Source: Promethearchaeota archaeon (GTDB taxonomy: Archaea > Asgardarchaeota > Lokiarchaeia > Sigyniarchaeales > SOKP01). From it: DNA of 40,533 nt. Location of the stretch: contig JBHLOC010000043.1 of assembly GCA_048940925.1 (NCBI GenBank), positions 1 to 40,533 on the forward strand, read 5' to 3'. This document shows positions 10,801 to 19,217 of the stretch, in pieces. The notes under the pieces were generated by a model. That model saw only the letters and a program-made list of their open reading frames with translations. It searched no databases and was not told the DNA's origin. The position numbers and the translations under genes are program-made. Within the stretch, counting starts at the first letter, position 1. Every line of letters starts with the position of its first letter.

Positions 10801-11604
10801 CGCTTTTTCATATTTATTTTTATTAAACAAGCGATTCCCATCAGTAATCATGGCTTCAGCATATAATTTCTTGTAGTTATAGGACTTTTTCTTATCTATA
10901 TTTTCTAAAATCTTACTAGCTTCTAAGTACAAGTTAATTTTAGAATAAAGGAAAGCTGTTTGTTCAGTGATGATATAAAATTCTTCCTTCTTATAAATTT
11001 CAGCAATTAAAGCTGCCTTTCTTATAGCTTGAGCTGCATAATAGTAATTTTTATTTTCAAAATAGATATTTGCCATCTCTATAAAGATTGGAAATCTCAT
11101 CCACGCATTTTCTAAATTTATAGGATTATCTCCATTAATTATCGCCTGACATAAGGAGCGTAATGCTTGATAGAATTCTTTAGGACCAAGATTTACGAAA
11201 GCCTCTAAACTGGGATAATTTATCCAGACATTTTCGAGTAATTCATTGACACTAAAAGGTAAGATCCCATTCTGATCATAGAAAATAATTATAGTCGGGA
11301 GATCACGTTTAACAGCAAAAATATCTGGGAGTATCATTTGGAAAAATTCAAATTCTTCTTTTATCGATGGATTTAAAAAATAAATAATACCATCGACCTG
11401 TTCAATTATCTCATCCAAATTAGCTGAGAAACTTTCAACCACATCTATTTCTAAATCGCAAACATTGTCTACGACCTTTACCTGACGTAACCATGAAAAA
11501 TAAGATTCTTTCTCCTCTCCAGGTTCTTCAAAAGCTCTTGAAACATAAAAATGAATAGTTTCAGGATCACCAAGAATTAAGATGTGAAAGTAAAATAATG
11601 ACAT
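7870..11604 (-). CDS. Large alpha-solenoid (TPR/SNAP-like) protein with a degenerate small-GTPase-like N-terminal domain
   Basis: 1244 aa with repeated helical units (YYYAAQAIRKAA, YEKAARMYEQAA). N-terminus FHILILGD...VDGIIYFLN...PTIIIFYD follows the strand order of a Ras-fold. Confidence 0.7.
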   Translation of the reverse strand: MSLFYFHILILGDPETIHFYVSRAFEEPGEEKESYFSWLRQVKVVDNVCDLEIDVVESFSANLDEIIEQVDGIIYFLNPSIKEEFEFFQMILPDIFAVKRDLPTIIIFYDQNGILPFSVNELLENVWINYPSLEAFVNLGPKEFYQALRSLCQAIINGDNPINLENAWMRFPIFIEMANIYFENKNYYYAAQAIRKAALIAEIYKKEEFYIITEQTAFLYSKINLYLEASKILENIDKKKSYNYKKLYAEAMITDGNRLFNKNKYEKAARMYEQAAQWSSIESIENSLIDEAFRLSVSSWISACKVEDAFRILESLPHKTIIMILREIVDKIVAEGEYLISSDNFELAREQLYRAINRYQREDLFEELKKLTLSLTNILIKIFKNQVKQKDSTAAKNTYDELENMWQSYKVEKKNLDSTLKTLINTFLEENNFGMATVFINKLDSLKLKQDLTKLSSKYEDEYKKQLKKETEEIINKGINILRDYANSERDIIAELNTKIIKEANKLIEQKGHIKAAIHLKHQADYLKKIGKDEIRDQILTRSLDILLEGKNFEEFFTYFEELSISMKRNYLIRIYPIYIESLKEIKESDKFERNKEIFKNSNRIFRNLMFYDESREISQLFIKVIKQEALRILEEEEDISGINKATELVKNVLEISSSYLEKEQKIKVSFNKIYKKIAEIYIEMGDLPNAQSYNDRITNKEYKTEIHEKIAILEEKERAARLKKVEESRKGETLKEELSIIENRGREALLDKNNELKERKALKKAYFEGALLLIKNEDYEKAIEIYKKLVIQFNRTKKYKLASVCLAIASLLLIKENRFIDIKKFLNDTKKELSSLGRLFVDTYPVTLIEYISDVKEYQDESKFKESLHYFENLPLFEEELIVLYDLLGKEYKAELKPEKTIETIAEIENIKREIKKIADSIEKEKEDVARRKLMKNQYWKLALENISKNKLTNVSLSYLDTITKLVDKKFLKQAAISLIMGSLILINEKNVEVAEETFEKHLKKSGTDFRSLQEIQIMKFLFSAIKKDDLVIKNLIIDSLIEKLVLFDPEIKILKSILSEEAHKEEIEKEELSRKQIVKLSTLRIEMDQIFGKIQSKMGDIRQEKDDIFNKRNVMKNRYYRNILDLLNSKTYKEAGLEYLRLAETLAKRKDLSTGSLLILLHGLSLLKAGVSLKIVKSNTDNFLNSLGIKKELVKDTFYIMLILFLFDVKTYKLEIYLSKIREMLEILPLFEEEKRLIEIED

Positions 11605-11641
11605 TTCTTATTTTTTTTTAATTTCTATTGATTTTATTTTG

Positions 11642-11674
11642 TCAAACTTATGAAATTCTCAAACTTATGAAATT
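11642..11674. repeat. Tandem 16-bp direct repeat in a divergent intergenic region
   Basis: TCAAACTTATGAAATT at 11642-11657 and 11659-11674. Confidence 0.8.
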
Positions 11675-11755
11675 ATTTTAAAAGTATAATATTCTTTTAA
11701 GTATAATTAATTGAGATTGAGAATTTATATTTTTGTTTTTAAGGGAGTTTAACAA

Positions 11756-12418
11756 TTGAATAACGTTGAAAGGAATTATCGCATTATACAACAGCGAATG
11801 ATTGAACAAATGGAAAATTCCATCACATTGGGAAAAAAGATAATAGATACAGAATTAGACACAGGTCTTTTAAACTTCATTGTTAAGCCAATTATTAAAA
11901 CTTTTTACGATTGGTGGGCTCAAAATGAAGCTCGAGTCGGAACCTTAGAACAAATTAAAGTTACTTTAGACACTGGAAAATTGCTCTTAAAAAATGGAGA
12001 ATTAGATCAAAATTTTGATAAAATTGTTGATGAAAACTTTCCAAAATATTTTGCTGGAGATCAAACGTCACGACAATGTTCCCACTCCCACAAGAATTAT
12101 GAAAGGTTAAAACAGGTAGTTAAAGATACTTTTATAAATTATTTAAAGAGAGTAGTCAAACTCTTGGAGGTAAATGATACCATAGATGATTATGGGGATT
12201 TATGTAGAGCAGCATTTAAAACGAAAGAATTAGCAGAGGAAAACTTAATGAAGCAGCTAAGCTTTACAGAAAAAGCGATTATTATTATTGAAGAAGATCC
12301 TTCTATACTGAAAATTCCTATGGGAAAGAAGATTTTACTTAAAGCTTTAAGAAAAGGATTTGAACAAACTAAAATTGAATTTGAAAATGCGCTGGAAGAT
12401 ACCTATAATCGAAAATAA
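11756..12418 (+). CDS. Hypothetical helical protein, paralog of the downstream gene
   Basis: TTG start after GGGAG; aligns end to end with 12509..13168. Confidence 0.8.
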   Translation: MNNVERNYRIIQQRMIEQMENSITLGKKIIDTELDTGLLNFIVKPIIKTFYDWWAQNEARVGTLEQIKVTLDTGKLLLKNGELDQNFDKIVDENFPKYFAGDQTSRQCSHSHKNYERLKQVVKDTFINYLKRVVKLLEVNDTIDDYGDLCRAAFKTKELAEENLMKQLSFTEKAIIIIEEDPSILKIPMGKKILLKALRKGFEQTKIEFENALEDTYNRK

Positions 12419-12508
12419 TTAATAATTAATCGAATAAAAAATTTCAAGATCTAAAACAGCTTGCTGAAATGAAGTTAACTGAATGTAAAAAAATTTCTTA
12501 GGGAAATC

Positions 12509-13168
12509 ATGAAGTTCTTAGAGAAAAACTATAAAATCTTGGAAAAAAAAATGAAAGATCAGATGGAAATCTCACTTAATGATGGAAAATCTTTGATAGA
12601 TTCTGAGTTAGACGCAGGGGTTTTAAATGTTTTAGTGAAACCTATCATAAAATCTTTTTATAAATACTGGGCTGATAAAGATGCTCGTACAGGGATTATC
12701 GAACAAATTCGAGTGACTCTAGATTCTGCTAAAGATTTTTTATTAAATGGAGATGGCTCAAAAGAACAATTTGATAGTATTATTAACAGAAATTTTCCTG
12801 TATACCTTGAAAATGATCAAACAGACAAACAATGTAAGAAGGATCATCGTAATTACAACAAACTAAGGGAGGTAACAAAACAATGCTTTATTACACAGGT
12901 CGAAGAGAGTATTTTATTTTTGAAGGTTAATGATGATATTAAAAATTACAGTGAATTATCAAGAGCAGCATTTAAAACAAAAGAAAAAGCCTTTCAAGCT
13001 TTGAAACGTCAATTGGATTATAATGAAGAAGGGATATCAGTTGTAGAGCAAGATGATTCGATATTAAATGTGCCTGCGGGAAAAAAAGTTATCTTAAAAG
13101 TACTTAGGAAGGGATTCGAGTTAACTAAACAAAAATTGCTTGAGGAACTCGATGAAATTTTTGCTTAA
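12509..13168 (+). CDS. Hypothetical helical protein, paralog of the upstream gene
   Basis: Shared motifs IDxELDxGxLN, VKPIIKxFY, EQIxVTLD, DQTxxQCxxxHxNY, RAAFKTKE, LRKGFE. Confidence 0.8.
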   Translation: MKFLEKNYKILEKKMKDQMEISLNDGKSLIDSELDAGVLNVLVKPIIKSFYKYWADKDARTGIIEQIRVTLDSAKDFLLNGDGSKEQFDSIINRNFPVYLENDQTDKQCKKDHRNYNKLREVTKQCFITQVEESILFLKVNDDIKNYSELSRAAFKTKEKAFQALKRQLDYNEEGISVVEQDDSILNVPAGKKVILKVLRKGFELTKQKLLEELDEIFA

Positions 13169-13217
13169 TAATAATTAGTAGAATTGTAAATACATAATAA
13201 GTGAGTCTGGAATTTCT

Positions 13218-14285
13218 TTGAAAGATTCTATTCAAAACAATGAGCCAAAAAATTATTTAAGAGCCATTTTTTTGAACTTATTTATTTCTGCTTTTATTAT
13301 AATCACTTATGTATATATTTCTGAAGCATTTGGCTCAATTTCTACGACTTTTATAAGAAATCCGAACTTTTCTATTAATTTTAGCATCACTTTATTACTA
13401 TTTACTTTTTTCTCCATATTGGCAGGACCTTTCCATGGTTTATTCGATGGGTTTATAAGCGAACTTCTTTTTCAGCTAGCGGTTTATGATTCATTATACG
13501 TAGAATGGTGTATACTGGTAGCTATTTTTGGATTTCTTGTAGGTATGTATAGATATAAACCTCTAAAATACCATGATCCAATGAAAGTTTATTATTCCTT
13601 TTTATCATTAATTATCATTTCATTTGCCATTTCAGGGATTCTTATTTTATTTCAATATACTTTTTATCCCGGACAGTATTCCTTAGAATCTTTAATAGTT
13701 AATTATGGATTCACATTCTTTATTCAGGCACTATTATCAATAATTTTTTTAATTCCATTAATGTTATGGGTATATGATAGAATTTTTGCTTCAGAGGAAA
13801 AACATTTATATTATATGATTTTAACACATCATCCAATTTCGGCAAGTGATCACACCTTTTTTCTTACTTTCGGTAGAACCAAGGTTTATCTCTGTTCAAG
13901 ATGTTCTGGTGTAATTATTGGGGGATTAATAGCAATGTTCTTTACTCATTTACTGGAAAAAATCTACAATACTGAGTTTAGCGGAGAAATTGCTCTATTG
14001 CTATGTGTCCTATTTCCAATTCCAGGATTGATTGATTGGGGCACTCAAAGGCTTTTATTAAGAAAAAGCACTACGGAATCTCGATTATTAACCGGATTTC
14101 TTATAGGAAATGCGTTGCATTTTATGTCATTTACCTATAAATACTATTACTTCACATTATTATTACTTTTTGTATATTTTAGTATATTTGGGCTACTCGT
14201 TTTTCTTGGTCATAAAAAGGAAATGAAATTGCTGAAATCGGAACTAAATGGATTATCTTCTAAAGAAGAAAGTGAAGAATTTTAA
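13218..14285 (+). CDS. Membrane protein: ECF S-component-like N-terminal half plus DUF2085-like C-terminal half
   Basis: SILAGPFHGLFDGFISELL resembles S-component helices. HH...HTF...LCSRCSG and IDWGTQ...RLLTGFLIG resemble DUF2085. Confidence 0.65.
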   Translation: MKDSIQNNEPKNYLRAIFLNLFISAFIIITYVYISEAFGSISTTFIRNPNFSINFSITLLLFTFFSILAGPFHGLFDGFISELLFQLAVYDSLYVEWCILVAIFGFLVGMYRYKPLKYHDPMKVYYSFLSLIIISFAISGILILFQYTFYPGQYSLESLIVNYGFTFFIQALLSIIFLIPLMLWVYDRIFASEEKHLYYMILTHHPISASDHTFFLTFGRTKVYLCSRCSGVIIGGLIAMFFTHLLEKIYNTEFSGEIALLLCVLFPIPGLIDWGTQRLLLRKSTTESRLLTGFLIGNALHFMSFTYKYYYFTLLLLFVYFSIFGLLVFLGHKKEMKLLKSELNGLSSKEESEEF

Positions 14286-14332
14286 CAGATTATATGAATT
14301 ATGAGATGAATCTTAAATAGAGAGTATTAGAA

Positions 14333-14839
14333 ATGAAAAATATCATTTTTATACACGGTCTTGAAAGTTCAAGTCAAGGATTCAAAAGTCAATTATTACG
14401 GAAAATCTTCCCTGAATGTTTGACTCCCAATTTTGAACAATATACTCCTCACTTTTCCATCAAATTATTATTAGAAAAAAGAATGAGTCAGCTCTCAAAG
14501 ATTTTAGACAAAAAAAATTCATGGACAATTATTGGTTCAAGTTTTGGAGGTCTAATGGGTGTACTATATACGTGTAATCACCCTCAAAGAGTCAAAAAGT
14601 TAATTCTACTAGCTCCCTATTTATCCACTCCACTATTGAATCCGAAAAAAGTTATTCCTACTTATGTACCGGTCATAATTTATCATGGAACACTTGATAA
14701 TGTAGTCTCTATGAAAAAATCGCGTATGCGAGCTCAAAAACTCTTTAAAAATCTTACATATAATATAGTAGATGATGATCATAAGCTTCAAAAAACAACT
14801 AAAAATATTAACTGGAAAAAAATAGTTTTAAATTCATAA
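14333..14839 (+). CDS. YqiA-like alpha/beta hydrolase (esterase)
   Basis: FIHGLESS, nucleophile elbow GSSFGG, HGTLDNVV, DDH. Confidence 0.85.
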   Translation: MKNIIFIHGLESSSQGFKSQLLRKIFPECLTPNFEQYTPHFSIKLLLEKRMSQLSKILDKKNSWTIIGSSFGGLMGVLYTCNHPQRVKKLILLAPYLSTPLLNPKKVIPTYVPVIIYHGTLDNVVSMKKSRMRAQKLFKNLTYNIVDDDHKLQKTTKNINWKKIVLNS

Positions 14840-14972
14840 TGCTGATAGAAAAGACCACTTTATTCTAACTATATCTAAATTAATGTCTATAAAAATTGGA
14901 CCCCATTTTTTTTAATATTGACTAGAGATATCATTAAATTGATATTAAAAAAAAAAGAAATGTGTTATAAAA

Positions 14973-15449
14973 ATGGATTGGAGCAATATTTTTGAAAATA
15001 TATATGTATGGTATAATGAATTTGTTAATTGGTATATTCTTCAACCTATATATGTTCAAATTCTTTCAGTTATTGGAATCCTCACACTTTTAAGTTTAGC
15101 AATAGTATTAATATTTTATCTTATAAAAGGTATTGCATATTTGATATATTACATATTAAAAGGAATCTATTATCTTCTAAAAGGAATTGGATATGGTTTT
15201 TTCAAGTTATCTAAAGGTTTCTATAATTTAATTTCAGGAAAATCTAATTCCAAACAACAAAAAGAAGATGATTCTTTCCCAAGAGAAGAGTCAAATAGAA
15301 AAACTATAATGTATTGCCCTGAATGTGGTAAATCTTTTTCAGAAAAAATGATTATGAAATTAAAGAGTAATGAATTAATCTTCTGTGTAAATTGTGGAAA
15401 ACAGTTTAAATTAATAGAGCCTATTAGAGCTCCAATCATAACTAAATAA
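14973..15449 (+). CDS. Membrane protein with C-terminal zinc ribbon
   Basis: TM helix, repeated KGIxY units, CPECG...CVNCG. Confidence 0.7.
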   Translation: MDWSNIFENIYVWYNEFVNWYILQPIYVQILSVIGILTLLSLAIVLIFYLIKGIAYLIYYILKGIYYLLKGIGYGFFKLSKGFYNLISGKSNSKQQKEDDSFPREESNRKTIMYCPECGKSFSEKMIMKLKSNELIFCVNCGKQFKLIEPIRAPIITK

Positions 15450-15524
15450 ATATAAAAAAATTGTTTTAAATAAAAAAAAATTAAAGAAAAAAATAATAAT
15501 AATAATAAAGGAGTAGTAAATAAA

Positions 15525-17075
15525 ATGTCAAAAAAAATGCTCTACTTTTGTAGAGAATGTGGATATGAATTCCCTACTGAACTTTCAAATCTAATAAGTC
15601 AAAAAATTCAAGTTTATTGTGAAAGATGTGGTTCTCCTTTTGTGTTAGAAGGTGTGCAGTTTAAACCAGCAACACCTTATGCAACCCAAAAAATAAAACC
15701 TTCTTATGCTTTATCTAAAAAGAAATCTTCAAGTTTAGATAAATTTATACAATTTCTGAATAAAATTTCATTTATTCCTATTTTTATTTTTACAATAATT
15801 TCATTTGGGCTAATTGCTGAAATTGCAATTGAGCCAAGTAATTGGTTTTTTGTTCTTACGAACCGATTTCTACAAGGATTAATAGGTTTAGTGCTTGTGA
15901 TATATGATAGAGCATATATTGCTCCTAAAGTAAAAGAAAAAAAATATAATGACATATTTTTGGATTCATTTTGCTGGGGTATATTAGGCTGCATCTTATA
16001 CGGAACAGGAGTAATAATTTTAATAAAGGGAATTTTCATAATTTTCTATGTGTTTAGCGCTTCTGAAAATAAAGATTTACATTCCTATGATTATGGATTG
16101 CTAGCAAAAAATTCAATAAATTATTTTTCTGCTAAAGCAGGCTTTTTAATTATTTTATTTGCAATATATGGAGTATTTTCAGATAGGCTTTATTTAGGTA
16201 TCGATTTTTACAATTATTTTCCTTTTATTAGCTTTCCAGAAATTATAATAGTTTTTGTTGTTTTATTTTGGATTTCCGTTATAGCATTATTTATTGATAG
16301 TAGGTTAAAGGGTGGGATTAAAGAGAAAAATAAATTTGAATTAAATGACTCGATTAAAATATTTTTCCTCGGAATTTTAGGCACATTATTTTATGCTGCG
16401 GGTATTTTTGTATTGTTAAAAGGAATCCTACTGTTTTTCCTATTTCTAGGGAAACCTTCCGAACCAATCCAAATTAAAGCATTAGAAGAGAAACCTGAAT
16501 ATGTCCCTCCTGTATATAAACAACATAGGGAACTTCCCCCTCAGCCAGAAAAAACAGAAATAAAAGAAATTACTAAGCCAATAGTGAGTCAAGCACCACT
16601 AGATGAAAGAAGTAGACCAGAAAGAGAGAAAGTACCAATAATAGAATTGGAAAAAAAAGAGGAAATAGAAGTTATAGAAAAGAAAAGAGAAGAAGTAGAT
16701 TTCAAATTAAAATTACATGAGTCTCTTTTACCTGTAAAAGACGAAAAAGATAAAAAATTAGTCAAACAATATTTTACTAAAATATTTACAGTATTATCAA
16801 AGGATTTGAGAAAGCAAATACTTGATCTCAAAATTTCTAAAAAAGAAAGAAAGGAACTACTTGAAGAGCTTGCTTTTTTAACTAAGGAAGAGCAAACAAA
16901 ATATGTAGGAGCATTAATAAATTTGTATAGAGAAATACCTAAGAAACTTATAGCAAGAATCAGGAAACTTCCAAATGTTAAACCAGAGCACTATTCTAAG
17001 ATAATAAATCAATTAAAATATATGGATTATGAAGAACAAATTCAATTTGTACAATTTTTAGAGGAAAACGCCTAG
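15525..17075 (+). CDS. Multi-TM protein with N-terminal zinc ribbon and charged C-terminal helical domain
   Basis: CRECG...CERCG; duplicated TM motif GILGxxxYxxGxxxLxKGI; GGAG upstream of ATG. Confidence 0.75.
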   Translation: MSKKMLYFCRECGYEFPTELSNLISQKIQVYCERCGSPFVLEGVQFKPATPYATQKIKPSYALSKKKSSSLDKFIQFLNKISFIPIFIFTIISFGLIAEIAIEPSNWFFVLTNRFLQGLIGLVLVIYDRAYIAPKVKEKKYNDIFLDSFCWGILGCILYGTGVIILIKGIFIIFYVFSASENKDLHSYDYGLLAKNSINYFSAKAGFLIILFAIYGVFSDRLYLGIDFYNYFPFISFPEIIIVFVVLFWISVIALFIDSRLKGGIKEKNKFELNDSIKIFFLGILGTLFYAAGIFVLLKGILLFFLFLGKPSEPIQIKALEEKPEYVPPVYKQHRELPPQPEKTEIKEITKPIVSQAPLDERSRPEREKVPIIELEKKEEIEVIEKKREEVDFKLKLHESLLPVKDEKDKKLVKQYFTKIFTVLSKDLRKQILDLKISKKERKELLEELAFLTKEEQTKYVGALINLYREIPKKLIARIRKLPNVKPEHYSKIINQLKYMDYEEQIQFVQFLEENA

Positions 17076-17077
17076 AA

Positions 17078-17971
17078 ATGTCACTTGAAAGAAGAAGAGA
17101 AGTTGAAAGAACAAAAGATAAAGAAGTTCTTGAGGAAAGTTCATTTAGGCGTGAAGATTTTAGACCATTACAGGAAGTTAGAGAAGTAAAAGAAAAAGAG
17201 ATAAAAAAAGAAAAAGTAATCGAAGAATTAACTGAAATTGAAAAGGATGTTCTAAATGTCGCTAAAGAGATTTTAAAATTAAAACGTTATGATGCTGAAT
17301 TTGAGATTGAGTCAGAAAGTCAAATACAAAAATATCCAATAATTGAAAAACTCTATGCTAAATCTATAGCAAAACTTTCTTATAAAAAAGGATATAGTAA
17401 AGAAGAAATCTTTCTTGCGATTAGGACTTTAGAAGAAAAAAATTGGATTGTAACAAATGAGAGGCGCACTAAATTAGAAATTTTAAGTAATAAAAAATTA
17501 ATGAAAATCTTGAAATTTATTGAAAATAATCCTGGAATTCACGCTAGGGACGAAAGTATAGAAGATGGATTAAAAATCACTCGAACACCCTTTTTAAAAC
17601 ATGTTATGACTCTTGAGAGATTTGAACTTATAAGATCTAAGAAAATCGGGAAAACACTTCATTATTTTATATCAGATGTACCTGATGAATATGACCGATA
17701 TAAGGTTATATTCTTAAATCCTTTAATCCCTAAGATTTTAGAAGAAATCTTTAAAGATGAGACTATTAAAATTTCAAAAATTGGGGATTCACTTGATATT
17801 TATCCAGGAACAATATTATACCATGTAAAAAAGTTGAAAGAGTTAAATCTAGTGAGATCTGCAAAGAATCAGGATGGTAAAAAAATATTTTTAGTAAATT
17901 TTGAATTATTAAAGAAATATAACGAGTTTTTTGATGAACCAGATTTTAGTGATTTACTTAAAGCTCTATAA
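17078..17971 (+). CDS. Multi-winged-helix DNA-binding protein (ArsR/HTH-like)
   Basis: ILKFIENNPGIH...HVMTLERFELIRSKKIGK and ISKIGDSLDIYPGTILYHVKKLKELNLV. Confidence 0.75.
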   Translation: MSLERRREVERTKDKEVLEESSFRREDFRPLQEVREVKEKEIKKEKVIEELTEIEKDVLNVAKEILKLKRYDAEFEIESESQIQKYPIIEKLYAKSIAKLSYKKGYSKEEIFLAIRTLEEKNWIVTNERRTKLEILSNKKLMKILKFIENNPGIHARDESIEDGLKITRTPFLKHVMTLERFELIRSKKIGKTLHYFISDVPDEYDRYKVIFLNPLIPKILEEIFKDETIKISKIGDSLDIYPGTILYHVKKLKELNLVRSAKNQDGKKIFLVNFELLKKYNEFFDEPDFSDLLKAL

Positions 17972-18847
17972 TAAATTATATTTTATTTTTGGTAAAGCCT
18001 TAATTAAGACCTTGATAGAGTTATCAATCCCATTTTCCATTTCTGGATGAATTTCTTTTGAATTAAGTAAATCATACTTTTGATCTCCTGGTAAATCTGT
18101 TACTGAAAGAATTGAAGCCGTTTTTAAATTGTATAAGGTACCTAACAAGAATAATATTGCAGACTCCATATCTATCCCATGAATATTTATTGATTGGAGT
18201 GCTCTAACAAAATCTAAAGACTCACAAAAAAGGGCATCTGATGTCCATAAATTCACATTATTTTTAACCTTATTTGAAAGGAGTGAAGTTCCATTATCTG
18301 ATAATATTTCCTTTAATATAGGATTTGGACGAGAAATAAAAATCGTTTGATTTCCTGTTAAAAGGTTCTGAAATCTAGCAAATGGAGTCTGTATTGAGTC
18401 CAAATCATTTGCTAAAGAGGGATGCTCTCGTATATATTGGGGACTCGTTCCATCATCACAGTATGCTAATTCTGGGATTAATATGTCCCCAATATTGATT
18501 TTTGTTTCGTAGTTTTCAATTCCACCACATACATCTAACCTTATTATGATTTTTGTTTTACATCTCTTTAAACATTCAACAGCAATCGCACAGTTGGGAG
18601 CTCCTATTAATGAGCGGATAATGCTTACCTTCACATTGTTTAACTCTCCATTATAACACCTGCCATAAGTTCTCTTATTCTGAAGTTTTTTTAAAATTTT
18701 CTGCATTACCATTTTTACAGCAGGGAGAATAACTATTTCATTTACATTTGACGGGCTTGTTTCTAGAATCATTCGAACAATTTTCTCATCAACGCTGATG
18801 AATTTTAATCCAAGATTTAGTAATTCACTTTTAATTCGATTTAACAT
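17966..18847 (-). CDS. Nucleoside phosphorylase (PNP/UDP family)
   Basis: IGAPNCAIAVECL, IIRLDVCGG, GDILIP...DDGTS, WTSDALF, DMESA, ILSVTD. Confidence 0.8.
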   Translation of the reverse strand: MLNRIKSELLNLGLKFISVDEKIVRMILETSPSNVNEIVILPAVKMVMQKILKKLQNKRTYGRCYNGELNNVKVSIIRSLIGAPNCAIAVECLKRCKTKIIIRLDVCGGIENYETKINIGDILIPELAYCDDGTSPQYIREHPSLANDLDSIQTPFARFQNLLTGNQTIFISRPNPILKEILSDNGTSLLSNKVKNNVNLWTSDALFCESLDFVRALQSINIHGIDMESAILFLLGTLYNLKTASILSVTDLPGDQKYDLLNSKEIHPEMENGIDNSIKVLIKALPKIKYNLL

Positions 18848-19217
18848 TTTGACTACAAAGAATTATTAATGAAATATGAATAATCTTATATCCTATTATA
18901 TTTAAAATTATTATTAAAAACAGTAATTTTCTTGATAGAGAGAAAATAGATTTTTAATATAATAAAGTATATAGAATTAAAATTTTTTTAATTAATTACT
19001 ATTTTCTTATTTCTTATCCTGTCAAACCATATAAAATGATAATTTAATTATTTACTGATTATCATATCTAATTCATTATAGAATTTAAATTATAATTCAA
19101 AAGTAGCAGACTAATTATTTACACACTTATAATTATTAATAATATAATTTAATATCTCACATAAATACAATTATTTATACCAATTAGAGAGAATTTTGTA
19201 TACGTAGTGTACCTTCA

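Noticed and set aside
18848-19217. Long AT-rich intergenic region as replication origin or ncRNA
   Set aside because: No ORB-like G-string repeats, no adjacent cdc6/orc1 and no GC-rich stem; consistent with divergent promoters.
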